Assembly (NCBI RefSeq): GCF_006345805.1
Contig: NC_043004.1
Location: forward strand, 40,362,001-40,426,000
Direction: 5' to 3'
From: Octopus sinensis
Lineage: Eukaryota
DNA: 64,000 nt
Shown here: positions 47,978 through 61,259 of the stretch, one piece after another
How the letters are laid out: each line of letters starts with the position of its first letter
Numbering within the stretch: position 1 is the first letter of the stretch
Notes under the pieces: model-generated
Seen by the model: the letters and a program-made list of their open reading frames with translations, nothing else
What the model was told of the DNA's origin: nothing
Databases searched by the model: none
Program-made: the position numbers and the translations under genes

Positions 47978-48075
47978 CGACGACGATGACATTAATGATG
48001 ATGACAATGACACTGATGATGATGATGATGATGGCGACAACAATGATGACGACGATGATGATGATGATGATGTTC
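47735..48075. repeat. (GAT/GAC)n simple repeat
   Basis: direct inspection. Confidence 0.95.
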
Positions 48076-48339
48076 CAGTAAAGACAGAGTTGGTTGCTAA
48101 GAAAGATGCAAAGCTCATTGGAAAGTAGATAATAAAAAACATCACACTTTTAACTAAAAATAAAAAGTCTTGCATCTTTCTACTGTTCCACTTAGAGATC
48201 GTATTTCTAGTATGTAAGTACATAGTTTGATTTCTTTCCCTGAAAATCCCAGCTTTTCTTAACCAATTCTATTAACAAACCAATTGCACCACTTATTACG
48301 TATGCATAATTATACATATGTCTATTTGCATATTTGTAC

Positions 48340-48760
48340 ATGTAGGAGTGGCTGTGTGGTAAGTAGCTTGCTTCCCAACCACATGGTTCTGGGTTCAGTC
48401 CCACTGCGTGACACCTTGGGTAAGTGTCTTCTACTATAGCCTCGAGCCGACCAGAGCCTTGTGAGTGGATTTGGTAGACGGAAACTGAAAGAAGCCCGTC
48501 GTATATATATATATATATACATACATACATATATATATATATATGTATGTGTGTTTGTCCCCCCCCCCAACATCACTTGACAACCGATGGTGGTGTGTTT
48601 ACGTCCCCCATAACTTAGTGGTTCGGCAAGAAAGACCGATAGAATAAGTACTAGGCTTACAAAGAATAAGTCCTGGGGGTCGATTTGCTCGACTAAAGGC
48701 GGTGCTCCAGCATGGCCACAGTCAAATGACTGAAACGAGTAAAAGAGCAAAGAGAGTAAT
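48340..48760 (+). mobile_element. SINE-A, full length
   Basis: head to GTAAAAGAG tail. Confidence 0.85.
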
Positions 48761-48789
48761 ATACACATGTATGTGTGTGTGTTCTTACT

Positions 48790-48980
48790 ATGCATGTATG
48801 TGCATTTTTATGCATGTATGTGCATTTTTATGCATGTATGTGCATTTTTATGCATGTATGTGCATTTTTATGCATGTATGTGCATTTTTATGCATGTATG
48901 TGTATTTTTATGCATGTATGTGCATTTTTATGCATGTATGTGCATTTTTATGCATGTATGTGCATTTTTATGCATGTACA
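48790..48980. repeat. near-perfect 20-bp minisatellite (TGCATGTATGTGCATTTTTA), ~9 units
   Basis: direct inspection; one variant unit. Confidence 0.95.
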
Positions 48981-49099
48981 TATATATTAGGTTGCATATC
49001 AAAATTTGTCTCTACGAATACATGGGTCGTGTTTCTTCCGTATGTTTCAGTATACGAAAATAATTATGCATGCACGATTGCATTTATGGATTAAAATTT

Positions 49100-49500
49100 T
49101 TGTTATGTATGTTTGCATATGCAGAAACACAGCCAGGTGTGTTTACATGTGCATGTGTGTGTGTATATATATGTGTGTGCGTGTGTGTGTGTATACGTGT
49201 GTATGTGTATGTATGTATGTATGTACATGTATGCATGGATGTATGTATGCCTATATATATATATATGTATGTCTATATATATATATATATATTTATATAT
49301 TATATTGTGTGAAATTTGATGTAGTATTTCTAAATTGAATTTTTTTTCTCTGTAAGTTTGGATTTTATTCCCTCAAATAATAATTATGTATGTATGTATG
49401 TATGTATGTATGTATACATTGACAGACAGACATAGACAGATAAATGGAGAGATAGATAGATAGATAAATAGATAGATAGATAGATAGATAAATAGATAAG

Positions 49501-49544
<44 letters not shown>

Positions 49545-49896
49545 CAGACAGATACATAGATAGATAGATAGACAGACAGATCAGTATGTGTTTCCCTTCT
49601 ATGGAAATTTATATACCAGTACACATGTTTCCATGAATCATCTGCTAGACACCTATATGAGTCATATAAAACTCATGTGTATGTATGCATGTAGGAATGT
49701 GCATGCTGCATGTCTCTATAAATGTATGTTCATTCCTACATGTGTGACTACATGAAAGCTTGCGCATGTGTGTGTCAATATGAGTACATGTACTTGTGTG
49801 TGTAGGTGTGAATGTGTGTGTGCATATGTATATATATATATATATACATACATTTATATGTATATATATATATATATATATACATACATTTACATG

Positions 49897-49931
<35 letters not shown>

Positions 49932-50713
49932 ATACAAATATATACATTATATATACACATATGTATGTATATATATGCATATGCATATGAATATATAAAT
50001 ATATATATATATATGTATATATATATGTATGTATGTGTGTATGTATATATACACATACACACATATATGTAAGCATATACATGCATATATATACACACAA
50101 ACACACACATATCGATATGCACCATCATCATCATCATGTTAAACAATGATGATGATGATGGTACCTATATATGTATTTATGTATGTATGCATGTGTGTGT
50201 ATGTGTGCATATGTGTATGTATATGCATACATATCTGTATGCATGTGTATATATACATATATATATACACATCTACACACACACACACAAACATATACAT
50301 AGACATGAGTGTGTACAGGCTTGTATGCATAGATATTTATATAAGAAGGCATCTCTATTTATTTATATACATCCGTATCTGTATCAGGGAATATTTTTCA
50401 ATGAATTTTATATACACATTCCTATACTTAATTCTACATGTCTTTTGCTGTTCGTATGTGCCTGTACATACATACATACACACAATACACACCCATGCAC
50501 ACACATACATACACATGATTTTCAGCATGTGTATACATACATATGGGTAGCTACACATTTACCAGAGTATCTTTCTACACATAAATAAGCTTATGTTTTC
50601 TGCCAATATGGATCGGTGTGTGAATTAGCATACATATAATGCATATATATATATATATATATATATATCTATGTATGTGTGTGTGTATGTATATATATGT
50701 ATATATGTGTGTG

Positions 50714-50768
<55 letters not shown>

Positions 50769-50870
50769 ATATATATATAATATATATATCTATATATATA
50801 TGCTATGTATATATGCATTATACATGAGGTATGTAAATATATATATTCATATATATATATATATACACAT

Positions 50871-50906
<36 letters not shown>

Positions 50907-51113
50907 TATATATACATATTATATATAATATACATATGTATATACATATATAAACATATATACATATTATCACATATATAATATCCACATATATATATAT
51001 ATACATATGTATATACAATATATATATATATATCTATATACACATATATATATATTTATATATATATATTTATATACATATATATATACATATATATATA
51101 TAATACATAATAT

Positions 51114-51144
<31 letters not shown>

Positions 51145-51319
51145 CTATATATAATATAATATATATCATAATATAATATATATATATACATATAATTATA
51201 TATAATATATATAGATATTATATACATATATACTATATTTAGATAATACATATATATATTTATATATATTATATATATATATATACATCACACCACACAC
51301 ACACACACCACACATCTAT

Positions 51320-51370
<51 letters not shown>

Positions 51371-51712
51371 ATATATATTGCAGTGTAACAGTGAGTTAAT
51401 GTATGTACATTGTGTGTGATATCAGCGTAGGAATGTAGAAAGAAAGCCATGACTATAAGCTCATGTCTAAATGTTAATAAATATCTCTTCATTTGTGTGA
51501 TTGGATTAAGCGTGCATGCGTATGTTAGCAACTGCATATATGTTGTGTGTGCATGTGTATGAGGGTGCATCAATATGGAGGTTTGCATATGTGCACGTAT
51601 ATATGTGTGTGTATGCACACCTGCAAAGACACATGCAAGCAGAAACACGCATATATATATATATTATAGATTTATATTATATATATATATACAATTCATA
51701 CAAAAGATTTTA

Positions 51713-51785
<73 letters not shown>

Positions 51786-51895
51786 GTAGATATGCATGTG
51801 TGTATATACAGATATGCATACATACATACACATATGTATGGTATGTATGCATGTATGTATGTATGTATGTATGCATGAATGTATGCATGTATATT

Positions 51896-51940
<45 letters not shown>

Positions 51941-52438
51941 ATATATATATATATATTTATATATATTTATATATATATATATATTTATGCCTACACACAC
52001 ACCGTACATGTGGATATATATATATACACACACAGACCCTGCAACACACAAGAATGTACATGTACACACGAAGTAGACCATTGACAGATTATTCTGTCAC
52101 AACAGACATTGCTTCTAACAAATGGGAATTGTTACAAGCTATGAATAGCCATTTGCTATAATGCATTCATACACATACAATACACACACATACACACACA
52201 CAAATACATGCACACATACACATACACATAAATACATACGTGTATATATAAACATGCATAAATGCATATATTATTATACATGTGTGTGTGTGTATGGATT
52301 TATCTTTGTATGAACAGATATATACTGACATTCATGCACATACTTATATATTTATGCCATACATATTGTGTACTTGCAAAATATACTTAAATATACATGC
52401 ATTCATAATGATATATATATATGTATATACCACATACA

Positions 52439-52474
<36 letters not shown>

Positions 52475-52580
52475 ACTCACACATATATATATATGTATGT
52501 ATGTATATTCATATATATGTATATATACCTATGTGTGTATTCATATACTGGCATAGATACATACGTGTACATTTAAATAA

Positions 52581-52614
<34 letters not shown>

Positions 52615-52680
52615 ACTCACTTTCATATACCCATGTGTACACACAAACACACACATACACACACACACATGCGCATGCAT
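49100..52680. repeat. microsatellite field ((TA)n, (TG)n, (GATA)n, (TATG)n)
   Basis: direct inspection. Confidence 0.92.
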
Positions 52681-53004
52681 GATACTGTATGTGAAAAAAA
52701 TTCTGGAGTCAAAATAACTGTGCATTGCTTGACTACAGATCAATGGAAAAGCAAAAGAATAGTATTTTGGGATTATACGCATGGCGTAGGCGGTGGGAAC
52801 GGTTGAGGTGGTAGCCGCAGTGGTAATTTTGTGGCTGGTGGTGACAGTGTTGGCGCTAGTGTTGGTGGTGGCAGTGGTGATGGTGGTGTTTTTATTAATG
52901 GTGCTGGTCGTTGTGGCTGTGTTACTGGTTGGTTGTACCTTTCATAAAACAATGTGATTATTTTATACATCGTTAAGATTGATTTCAAATTATAGCAGAA
53001 AGCC

Positions 53005-53195
53005 AGCAATTTCAGGGGAGGCCATAGGTCGATTACATCAACGCCAGTGTTTAAATGGTACTTATTTTGTTGACCCTCAAAAGTACAAAAGGAAAAGTCG
53101 ACTTTAGCTAAATTTGAACTCAGAGCATAAAACCCAAAAAATTACTGCTAAGCATTTTGCCAAGTGCACTAACGATTCTGCCAGCTTGCCACCTT
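53005..53195 (-). mobile_element. SINE-B
   Basis: GTCGATTACATC...GTACTTATT...TTTGAACTCAGAG. Confidence 0.68.
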
Positions 53196-53199
53196 ACTC

Positions 53200-53690
53200 G
53201 TTTGCTTGTTTTAGTCATTTGACTGAGCCAATGCTGGAGCACTGCCTTTTATTTGAACAAATCAACCCCAGGACTTATTCTTTGTTAGCCTATTACTTAT
53301 TCTATCAGTCTCTTTTGCCGAACTGCTCGGTTACAGGGATGTAAACACACCAATACCAGTTGTCAGGTGATTGTGGGGGACAAACACATATACACAAATA
53401 CATATATACACATATACATATATATATATATGTGTGTATCAAAATAAGCAAAAAGGATATCCAGAGATAATGCAGTAAGATTGTTTCACGCAACCCCATT
53501 TAACTGAACAATGCAACCCTTACATCAATTTAAATGCAGGGCAATCCTCAGCTGCACAAAGACAGAATTTAATTAAATTAAAACAGATGGACACATTAGC
53601 ATAATTATACCTAAAATCTCCAAGAAGTTAAGGAGATAGACAAAGAACATGGTGCCTTCACTTCAGCTTATAAGTGTGTGTATATATATA

Positions 53691-53721
<31 letters not shown>

Positions 53722-54080
53722 AATAACAATAGGGTAATAATAAATTATTATTACCAGTGGCCTAGCACAAAAACGAATTATCCATTAGACTATATATTAT
53801 TCACATAGAAATACAACAAGAGGCTTCCAAATAGGAAAGCTCAATTAATTGAGATGGTAAACGTTTTTAATTTTCATTCCTTTCGAGAATTTATCCTTAA
53901 TTGGTGGTTTGAATTTTCTACTGTTCTTTCTAGCACAAGGCTTTCCTATTTGGAAACCTCTTGTTGTATATATATACAACAGGCTTCTTTAATTTTCTGT
54001 TTACCAAATCCACTCACAAAGCTTTGGTCGGTCCGAGGCTATAGTAGAAGACACTCTTACCACACAGCCACTCCTGCACC
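53200..54080 (-). mobile_element. SINE-A split (3' half 53200-53430, 5' half 53975-54080) by ~550 bp in its central microsatellite
   Basis: halves are collinear on the minus strand. Confidence 0.65.
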
Positions 54081-54094
54081 TTATGTATACATCT

Positions 54095-54730
54095 TAAATA
54101 TTAGGTTTCAAATTTTGGCAGACTGCCTGTAGGTTTGTCGGAGGGATTAAGGATGGTTTACATTGAGCCCAGTGCTTAACTTATTCTATCGACCCCAAAA
54201 GGATGAAAGGTAAAGTCGACCTTGGTGGAATTTGAACTCCGAATGCTGTTAAGCATTTTGCCTGGTGTGTTAACGATTCTGGCAACTTGCTGCCTTATAA
54301 ATATATATATATATCTTTAATATGGGTTTCAAAATTTGGTACAAGGCCAGCAAAGTCGGTGGGGGGTGTAAGTCAATTACACTAACCCCAGTGCTTGGCT
54401 GGTACTTATTCTATCGACCCCAGAATGATGAAAGGCAAAATCAAGCTCGACAGAATTTGAACTCAACATAAAGATGGATGAAATGATGCAAAACGTTTTT
54501 CCCAGCAGGCTAACAATTCTTTTCTACTCTAGGCACAAGGCCTGAACTTTTGCGGGAGGGACCAGTTGATTAGATTGAACCCAGTATGCAACTGGTACTT
54601 AATTTATCGACACTGAAGGATGAAACGCAAAGTTGGCAACGGCAGAATTTAAACTCAGAACGTAGAGACAGATGAAATACTGCTGAGCATTTCGTCCAGC
54701 ATGCTAACAATTCCACCAGCTCACTGCCTC
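54095..54730 (-). mobile_element. three tandem SINE-B copies
   Basis: three TCGAC...GGATGAAA...TTGAACTC blocks. Confidence 0.72.
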
Positions 54731-54744
54731 ATGTATATCATCAT

Positions 54745-54965
54745 CATCCTCATCATCATCATCATTTAATGTCCGTTGTCCAAGTTGGCACGGGTTGGAT
54801 GGTTTGACTGGGTTGGTACGCTGGAAGGCTGCACAAGGCTCCAGTCTGATTTGGAATGGTTTTCTATAGCTGGATGCCCTTCCTAATGCCAACCTCTCTG
54901 AGAGTGTAATGGGTACTTTTATGTGCCACTAGTACAGGTGCCATTTGCATGACACCAGTATCTGC
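54745..54965 (-). mobile_element. old RTE-type terminal fragment
   Basis: (CAT)n-TTAATGTCCG...CTGGATGCCCTTCC. Confidence 0.65.
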
Positions 54966-55968
54966 CATGACTAATATTGTAATTGGTAAATTATAACACT
55001 ACAGGTTATAGGTCTTGAAAACAGGTCACTTATCCTGTTTACCCTGCTTCTGACAATGAGAGGTAATGACAGGAGAGTGCTTGTAATTCAGTACTGAACA
55101 AATACTGCTGAGGGTTTCATTCAAAAAGCACAGTTTTTCTAATTTTTCTCAATGCTACTTTACATCCTTTGTCAATATACATTGATAAAACATACGGACA
55201 TACATATGTATGAGTGTTAGGTAACACCCTGATTATAGTTTTTGTTGTTCTTCATCAACAGAACTGGTATTGGGAGACATAGTAGTCGGTTTTAAGTTGC
55301 TGTTCAGCAGCAATGGCAGAGGAAGACACGGTTGTCGGATTTTGTTGTTGCTGGTCAGCAGCAATGGTAGCAGAGGACACACAAGTCAGACACTGAAATG
55401 ACCAGTTTGGTAGCTGGACTATTTCCAAGAGTTTATCCATCATAGAAGTATGGTGTCCTTTTTTTTTTGACCTGGGATCTTTTGAAAGTTTGTGGCACAT
55501 TGAAAGCAGATCGAAAAACAACATTTACTGCATTCAACCCATCTGTTTCAGAAGGAATTTTTGAGTTCTGTGCATAGATGACAGATATGATATAGCCGTG
55601 CACTCTTCAGAAATGGCAGTAATGGAATGAAATATGGCAACTGCTCTCTATTGTTGAAGATGAATAGACACATCTAGTTTGTGGTGACTGAAAAAGTTAA
55701 GAATTATGTCCCTTGTTGATAACATTCATTTATAACTATCACATGATAACAAGGTTTGGAGACAGTAACACACACATATATACATGTACTATATAATAAG
55801 CATCTTTCATTTTCTGCCTAATGAATCCTCTCACAAGGCTTTAGTTGGTCAAGGGCCATAAGTAGAAGACACTCGCTCAAAACCATGTAGTTAGGAAGCA
55901 AATTTGTTACCACACAGCCATGGTGGCATGTGTGTGTGTATGTGTATATACATACATACATACATACA

Positions 55969-56002
<34 letters not shown>

Positions 56003-56011
56003 CATATATAT

Positions 56012-56042
<31 letters not shown>

Positions 56043-56088
56043 CATATATATATTATATATACATACATATATATATATATATACATAC

Positions 56089-56119
<31 letters not shown>

Positions 56120-56686
56120 CAGATAGGCAAATATACAAAATCACGCACACATACACACACATATACATGCACACACACACATTCACATGTACACAGTACG
56201 TGCATAGGAGGGCTGGGTGACATTCAGTAAATCTATATAATTTCATATTGGTAACGAAGGATTTGTCTATATCCTACAAGCCAAAATTCTGTACAGAACG
56301 TGTCTAAAGCTGCATAAGATATTGGTTTAGAACATTCTTTCATTTTGATCAGTGAAACATAATCTGTTTCTGTAAAGATGAACAAAGATACAACATTACT
56401 GCTGAAATGGCCCTGCTTTCAATCGAATGAGGAAAAGTAATCCCAGAATACTGTGTCTCAGTATTATATACACAAATACATGTACCAGGGTAAGTGTAAT
56501 ATTCTGCATGTAGAGCCCTCCAATATCAGGGTGCATGTAAGAGTATGTGAGGGTGTGAATGTATACATACATACAAACACACACACACACATAAACATAT
56601 ATATATATATTTAATATATATTGATAGAAATGGTAAGACAACAAAAGAATAGAAGAGACCTCAATATTATGTAAATAGAGGAATTT

Positions 56687-56907
56687 ATCTGTAAATGTAA
56701 TATGTGACAACTATTTGGTAGCCATGATAAAACTTTGAGTTTCGAATGCCGAGGTGGAAATCCATGCAACCATCTCTTCAGTTACCCGGCCTTTTTTCCG
56801 AAGGCTGGATAACTAAAGAGATGGCGGCGTGGATTTCCACCTCGGCATCCGAAGCTCGGAGTTTTATCATGGCTACTAAATAATTGTCACATATTACATT
56901 TACAGAT
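56687..56907. repeat. long fold-back palindrome, ~105-bp arms, ~11-nt spacer
   Basis: arms differ at about 12 positions, mostly transitions. Confidence 0.92.
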
Positions 56908-56914
56908 GTAATTA

Positions 56915-57028
56915 TCTGCCAGATCAAGACTGGAGCCTGGTGTAGCCATCTGGTTGCCAGCCCTCAGTCAAAATCCTCCAACCCATGCTAGCATGGAAAA
57001 CAGACATTAAATGATGATGATGATGATG
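56915..57028 (+). mobile_element. RTE-type terminal fragment
   Basis: GCCAGATCAAGACTGGAGCC...CCATGCTAGCATGG-(GAT)n. Confidence 0.75.
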
Positions 57029-57305
57029 TGTTTAATATATAAAGTTAGCACAAGGCTTCAGGATATGAAAAGCATCGACCTGTTGAGAAATAGGAGTTTA
57101 GCTTTTTCCGCATCCTCGTGCCTTGTGCTAACTTCAAATTTTATAGCTATATAACACTATTAGACCTGTTGAACTGCCTATGTTACTGCTGTTAATATTA
57201 TCAATTAAAAATATTTGCTGCAGATGATATTAACAGTAGCAACATCTTACTTTGAATGTAAACATTCGAATACTTTACTCATATATATATACATATATAT
57301 ATATA

Positions 57306-57466
57306 GGCTTCTTTCAGTGTCCATACACCAATTCCACACACAAGGCTTTGGTCAACCTGGGGCTTTAGTTGTTATACACAGGGACTGAACCCCAACTCAT
57401 GTATGTAGCACACACACATATATGAGTGTGAATTTTTCCCTGTAAGTTTGGAATAATATTCCCTCA

Positions 57467-57524
<58 letters not shown>

Positions 57525-57721
57525 TACAGAGAGAGAGAGAGAAACATGTGTATGTATATGTGTGAATGCATACACACACACACATACACTCATATATGTG
57601 TGTGTGTGTGTGTATGTGCTACGTACATGAGTTGGGGTTCAGTCCCTGTGCATGACAACTATAGCCCCAGGCTGACCAAAGCCTTGTGTGTGGAATTGGT
57701 GTATGGACACTAAAAGAAGCC
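57306..57721. repeat. local inverted duplication of a degraded SINE-A fragment
   Basis: 57306-57430 and 57585-57721 share private mutations and a deletion. Confidence 0.82.
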
Positions 57722-57769
57722 AAATGTATGCATGTATATATAGAACAGGTTGGGGAAGACTCCCTCATG

Positions 57770-58775
57770 GTCTCCTATACTCCAACAATCCCCATGATTA
57801 TGGAATGGAAGTGATTCGATTCTGGCTAGAACTACATCCAGAGGAAATACCAGAACGAATAAACAAAACTTTCATCATTGAATCAATTAAGTTCATTCTC
57901 TGGAATAATCATTTCATTTTTAACACCAACTGCTACTGCCAAATATTGGGAATTGCAATGGGTATGAGAGCAGCACCTACCATTGCCAACCTCACAATGG
58001 GATTCTTAGAGAAAAAATATTTGAGAATTCACTGCGAAAATTTGGAGACCCTCTCACCCAATATATTAAAGAGAATTGGAAGAGATACCTGGATGACTGT
58101 TTCATACTCTGGAATAACAACTTAAACAAACTCATAGAATTTAAAACACTTCTGAACAGCATCCACACAAGCATTCAATCCACAAGGGAATACAACCAGG
58201 AGGCACTTCCATTCCTAGACATTCTAATTAAAAAAAACAAACAACAAAATCGAGACAGACATATTTTATAAAACAACAGATGCAAAACAATACATTCTCT
58301 TTAGCTCTTGCCATCATTGACACTCAAAAACCAACATCCCCTTCAACCATGCAAGAAGAATCTGCACTATTGTCTCAGAGAAAAAACAAGATATTTAAGA
58401 CTACAAAAACTGAAAAACATCCTCCTGGATAGACACTGCCCAATCCAACTCATTAATGAAGGAATAAAATGTGCCAAATCTATCAACACCGATACATCAA
58501 GAAAAACCAAAGATATTAACAACCCCCTCCTTAAAACACTCACCTGCATTTCCACATACGATCCCAGAAACAAAGAAGCATTCAGCAGCACAATCATACA
58601 AAACCTACCGATACTACACAAGGACCCAAAACTAAAAAGAATTTTATGTGACATTAAAACTGTCAAAAGCAATGAAGCTAAGTCATTAAAGAAACAGCTA
58701 ACTAATGCAAAATTATTCCCCTCCACAACAAGCCCCAAAGTAAAAGAATGTAATCACCCCAACTGTGGTACACCG
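57770..58775 (+). pseudogene. Penelope-like element reverse transcriptase fossil, truncated near the start of the GIY-YIG region
   Basis: LYSNNPH, QILGIAMGMRAAPTIANLTMG, WKRYLDDCF, LPFLDI, TDIFYK.TD, IPFNHARRIC, ends KECNHPNCG. Confidence 0.85.
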
Positions 58776-58840
58776 TAACGCTAAACCCCTTAAGAGTGAG
58801 AAACCCAGGGTAACCCCATAAACCGGCCTACCCCACTATA

Positions 58841-58871
<31 letters not shown>

Positions 58872-58883
58872 ATATATTCAAAT

Positions 58884-59171
58884 GTGTTGTTTATTCCTTC
58901 TCGAGCCATGCCTGGCTCATAAGGGCCGGTTTTCTGGTTTCTTGGCATATAGGTTCCCCACCTGGACGGGACGCCAGCCCATCGCAGGTGAGCTGCAAGA
59001 TGCAGGAGGAAAGAGTGAGAGAAAGTTGTGGCGAAAGAGTCAGCAGAAGTTCGCCATTACCTTCTGCCAGTGTTTCGCTCATAAACACACACATCACTCG
59101 GTCTGAGATTCGAACCTGCAATCCCTCGACCGCAAGTCTGCTGCTCTAACCACTAGGTGATGTGCCTCCAC
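58884..59171 (-). mobile_element. SINE-C, tail variant 2, with a 12-bp TSD
   Basis: GTTCGAATC B box; ATATATTCAAAT at 58872-58883 and 59172-59183. Confidence 0.85.
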
Positions 59172-59539
59172 ATATATTCAAATATATATATATATGTGTG
59201 TTTGTTTCTTTGTGAGTGCCTGTGTTTATGTGTTTATTGGTCTCCTTGTCTTGACATCATGTGGTAGTTGTAAATGAGTGTCACTGCCATACAATAATAC
59301 CGTCGTTAAGTGCCTTGGTTGTCACAACGCGGAGCTGATAAATGATGACACATTTCATTGGCTGTGTAAATAATAACTGAAGCAACTCACAAACATTTCA
59401 CTGAAATATTTATAACCAGACATAAGGGTATTTGATGTTGGCTATTTACAATGAGCAACATTGATAATTGCTGAATGATTTAGAGAGAAAAAAAAACAAC
59501 CCATGCCACATCCAGAGAAGCTGCTTTAATCGAGCAACT

Positions 59540-59790
59540 CGACCCTGGAACGTATTCTTTTGTAAGCCCAGTACTTATTCTATCAGTCTCTTTTGCCGAA
59601 CCGCTAAGTAACGGGGACGTAAACACACCAGCATCGGTTGTCAAGCAATGCTAGGGGGACAAACACAGACACACAAACACACACACGCATATATATATAT
59701 ACATATATACGACGGGCTTCTTTCAGTTTCCGTCTACCAAATCCACTCACAAGGCTTTGGTCGGCCCGAGACTATAGTAGAAAACATTTG
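59540..59790 (-). mobile_element. SINE-A, truncated
   Basis: CAGTACTTATTCTATC...GGGCTTCTTTCAGTTTCCG. Confidence 0.8.
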
Positions 59791-59904
59791 CCCAATTATC
59801 AAGTTTGAATGAGAAACTGTAACTAAAGATTAAGATTATTAACCCCACAACTGTTATAAATATTCTGGCTTCTTAAGAAAGAAACAGAAAGTGAACAACA
59901 ACAA

Positions 59905-59990
59905 CATTTTGTCACTGACTGCCAAATCCAGAAAGCCACATACGATTGGCAAAGAATTGATTCAGCCAACTATTAGTGTGGTCCTATGAA
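59905..59990 (+). mobile_element. hAT (Buster/Charlie-like) transposase fragment
   Basis: LSLTAKSRKPHTIGKELIQPTISVV. Confidence 0.55.
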
Positions 59991-60364
59991 TAATTTTGTA
60001 CAATCCAATGATTGAGGCATCGTCTTATATATCATCTTATATATCAGACTAACATAGTGTCTAGCTGAAACTAAAATGAACTTTAATCAAAACTGAAATG
60101 CAAGCTTTGTATATTATCACGTAAAACTTCCCGAAGATTATCTTTATATTATATCAGGGAAACATTTCTCTTCTGAAATCACACCTTACCGTCTTTAATT
60201 AACAAATCTACAAATTTAACATTTTTTCCATTCATTTCTGTTTATGAACATGTATGCGTGCACAAAACATGCAATAGGTGTACGTACGTACGTGTGTGTA
60301 TGTGTGTTCATGTCTGTTGCCCATATATATTTATATTATATTTTATATATATATAATATATATA

Positions 60365-60493
60365 ATATAACTAATTTCAATGGATTTCGCCCAAATTTGA
60401 CGTCTATATTACTTAGTTTGGTCTGAAATAAAGAACTTGATTAGCTTAATAATCGTAACTTAATCCCAGGCAAGGCTGGGTTATACTGCTAGT
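60365..60493 (+). mobile_element. Helitron-like 3' end
   Basis: CCCAG-GCAAGG-CTGGG hairpin 8 nt before CTAG|T at 60489-60493. Confidence 0.5.
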
Positions 60494-60619
60494 TACAGTT
60501 ATTTCTTTATTTTCTGCAAACAAAATGCACAAAAAAGCTACACGTTTGCATTATGTTATATATACAATAATAATAAAGGACGTTACTATATACATTTTTA
60601 CAAACCAAGAACGTTATAT

Positions 60620-60755
60620 AGACCTCCTTGACACTCAAATTAGAGAAGGGGTGCGTATTATACACAAGGTTTAGGTTTTTAAGAGGTACATCCCCCCCCT
60701 AAAAATCCCCTGCGTATTATACTCAAGGGCGGACTATACTCGAGGATTTACGGTA
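60620..60755. mobile_element. pogo/Tc2-like DNA transposon right end
   Basis: ...ACTATACTCGAGGATTTACGG|TA terminus; no left end found. Confidence 0.45.
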
Positions 60756-60764
60756 ATGATTATT

Positions 60765-60945
60765 TATTAACATTGTTTTGAATTCACCATGCATTATTTT
60801 GCAGCTTTAAAATTTTGATGATGTGATAATATTTTTAAGAATGTCATTACAGGGTAGGTGTAAGAGGCAGGATCTGGCTGTATTAAACATAAAATAAATA
60901 GAATATTTGGGCTGGATATGGCTGGATTAACTGCTAAAAGGTTAA
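60765..60945 (-). mobile_element. piggyBac-like MITE fragment
   Basis: homologous to 38403-38640; ends AAAAGGTTAA. Confidence 0.45.
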
Positions 60946-61184
60946 ACAGTATTGGCTGAGGAATTCAGGTCTAGACATGGTTATGTCTCCTTGACCTGGG
61001 GAGAGCGGCTTAACAGGCCATAAGAGACTATAGGGAGAATTAAACGAAGACCCTCGTTTTCACATAAGTGCTTCTGCTTTTAACTCTAAGAAGACTGAGC
61101 TTGTAATAGATAACTGCTGAAGGTGCAATGACTTGGAGATGTAAAATTATTTCATCAAAAATAGTTTAACCATTTAGCTTTTAA

Positions 61185-61217
61185 ATTGGCCATCATCATC
61201 ATCATCATCATCATCAT

Positions 61218-61259
<42 letters not shown>

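Noticed and set aside
5023-56246. Dozens of ORFs rich in IY, HT, CV, MYVC, poly-I, poly-D or poly-H
   Set aside because: They are translations of di-, tri- and tetranucleotide microsatellites that lack stops by chance.
60996-61131. Minus-strand exon with plausible splice sites
   Set aside because: On recount it is 136 nt and all three phases contain a stop.
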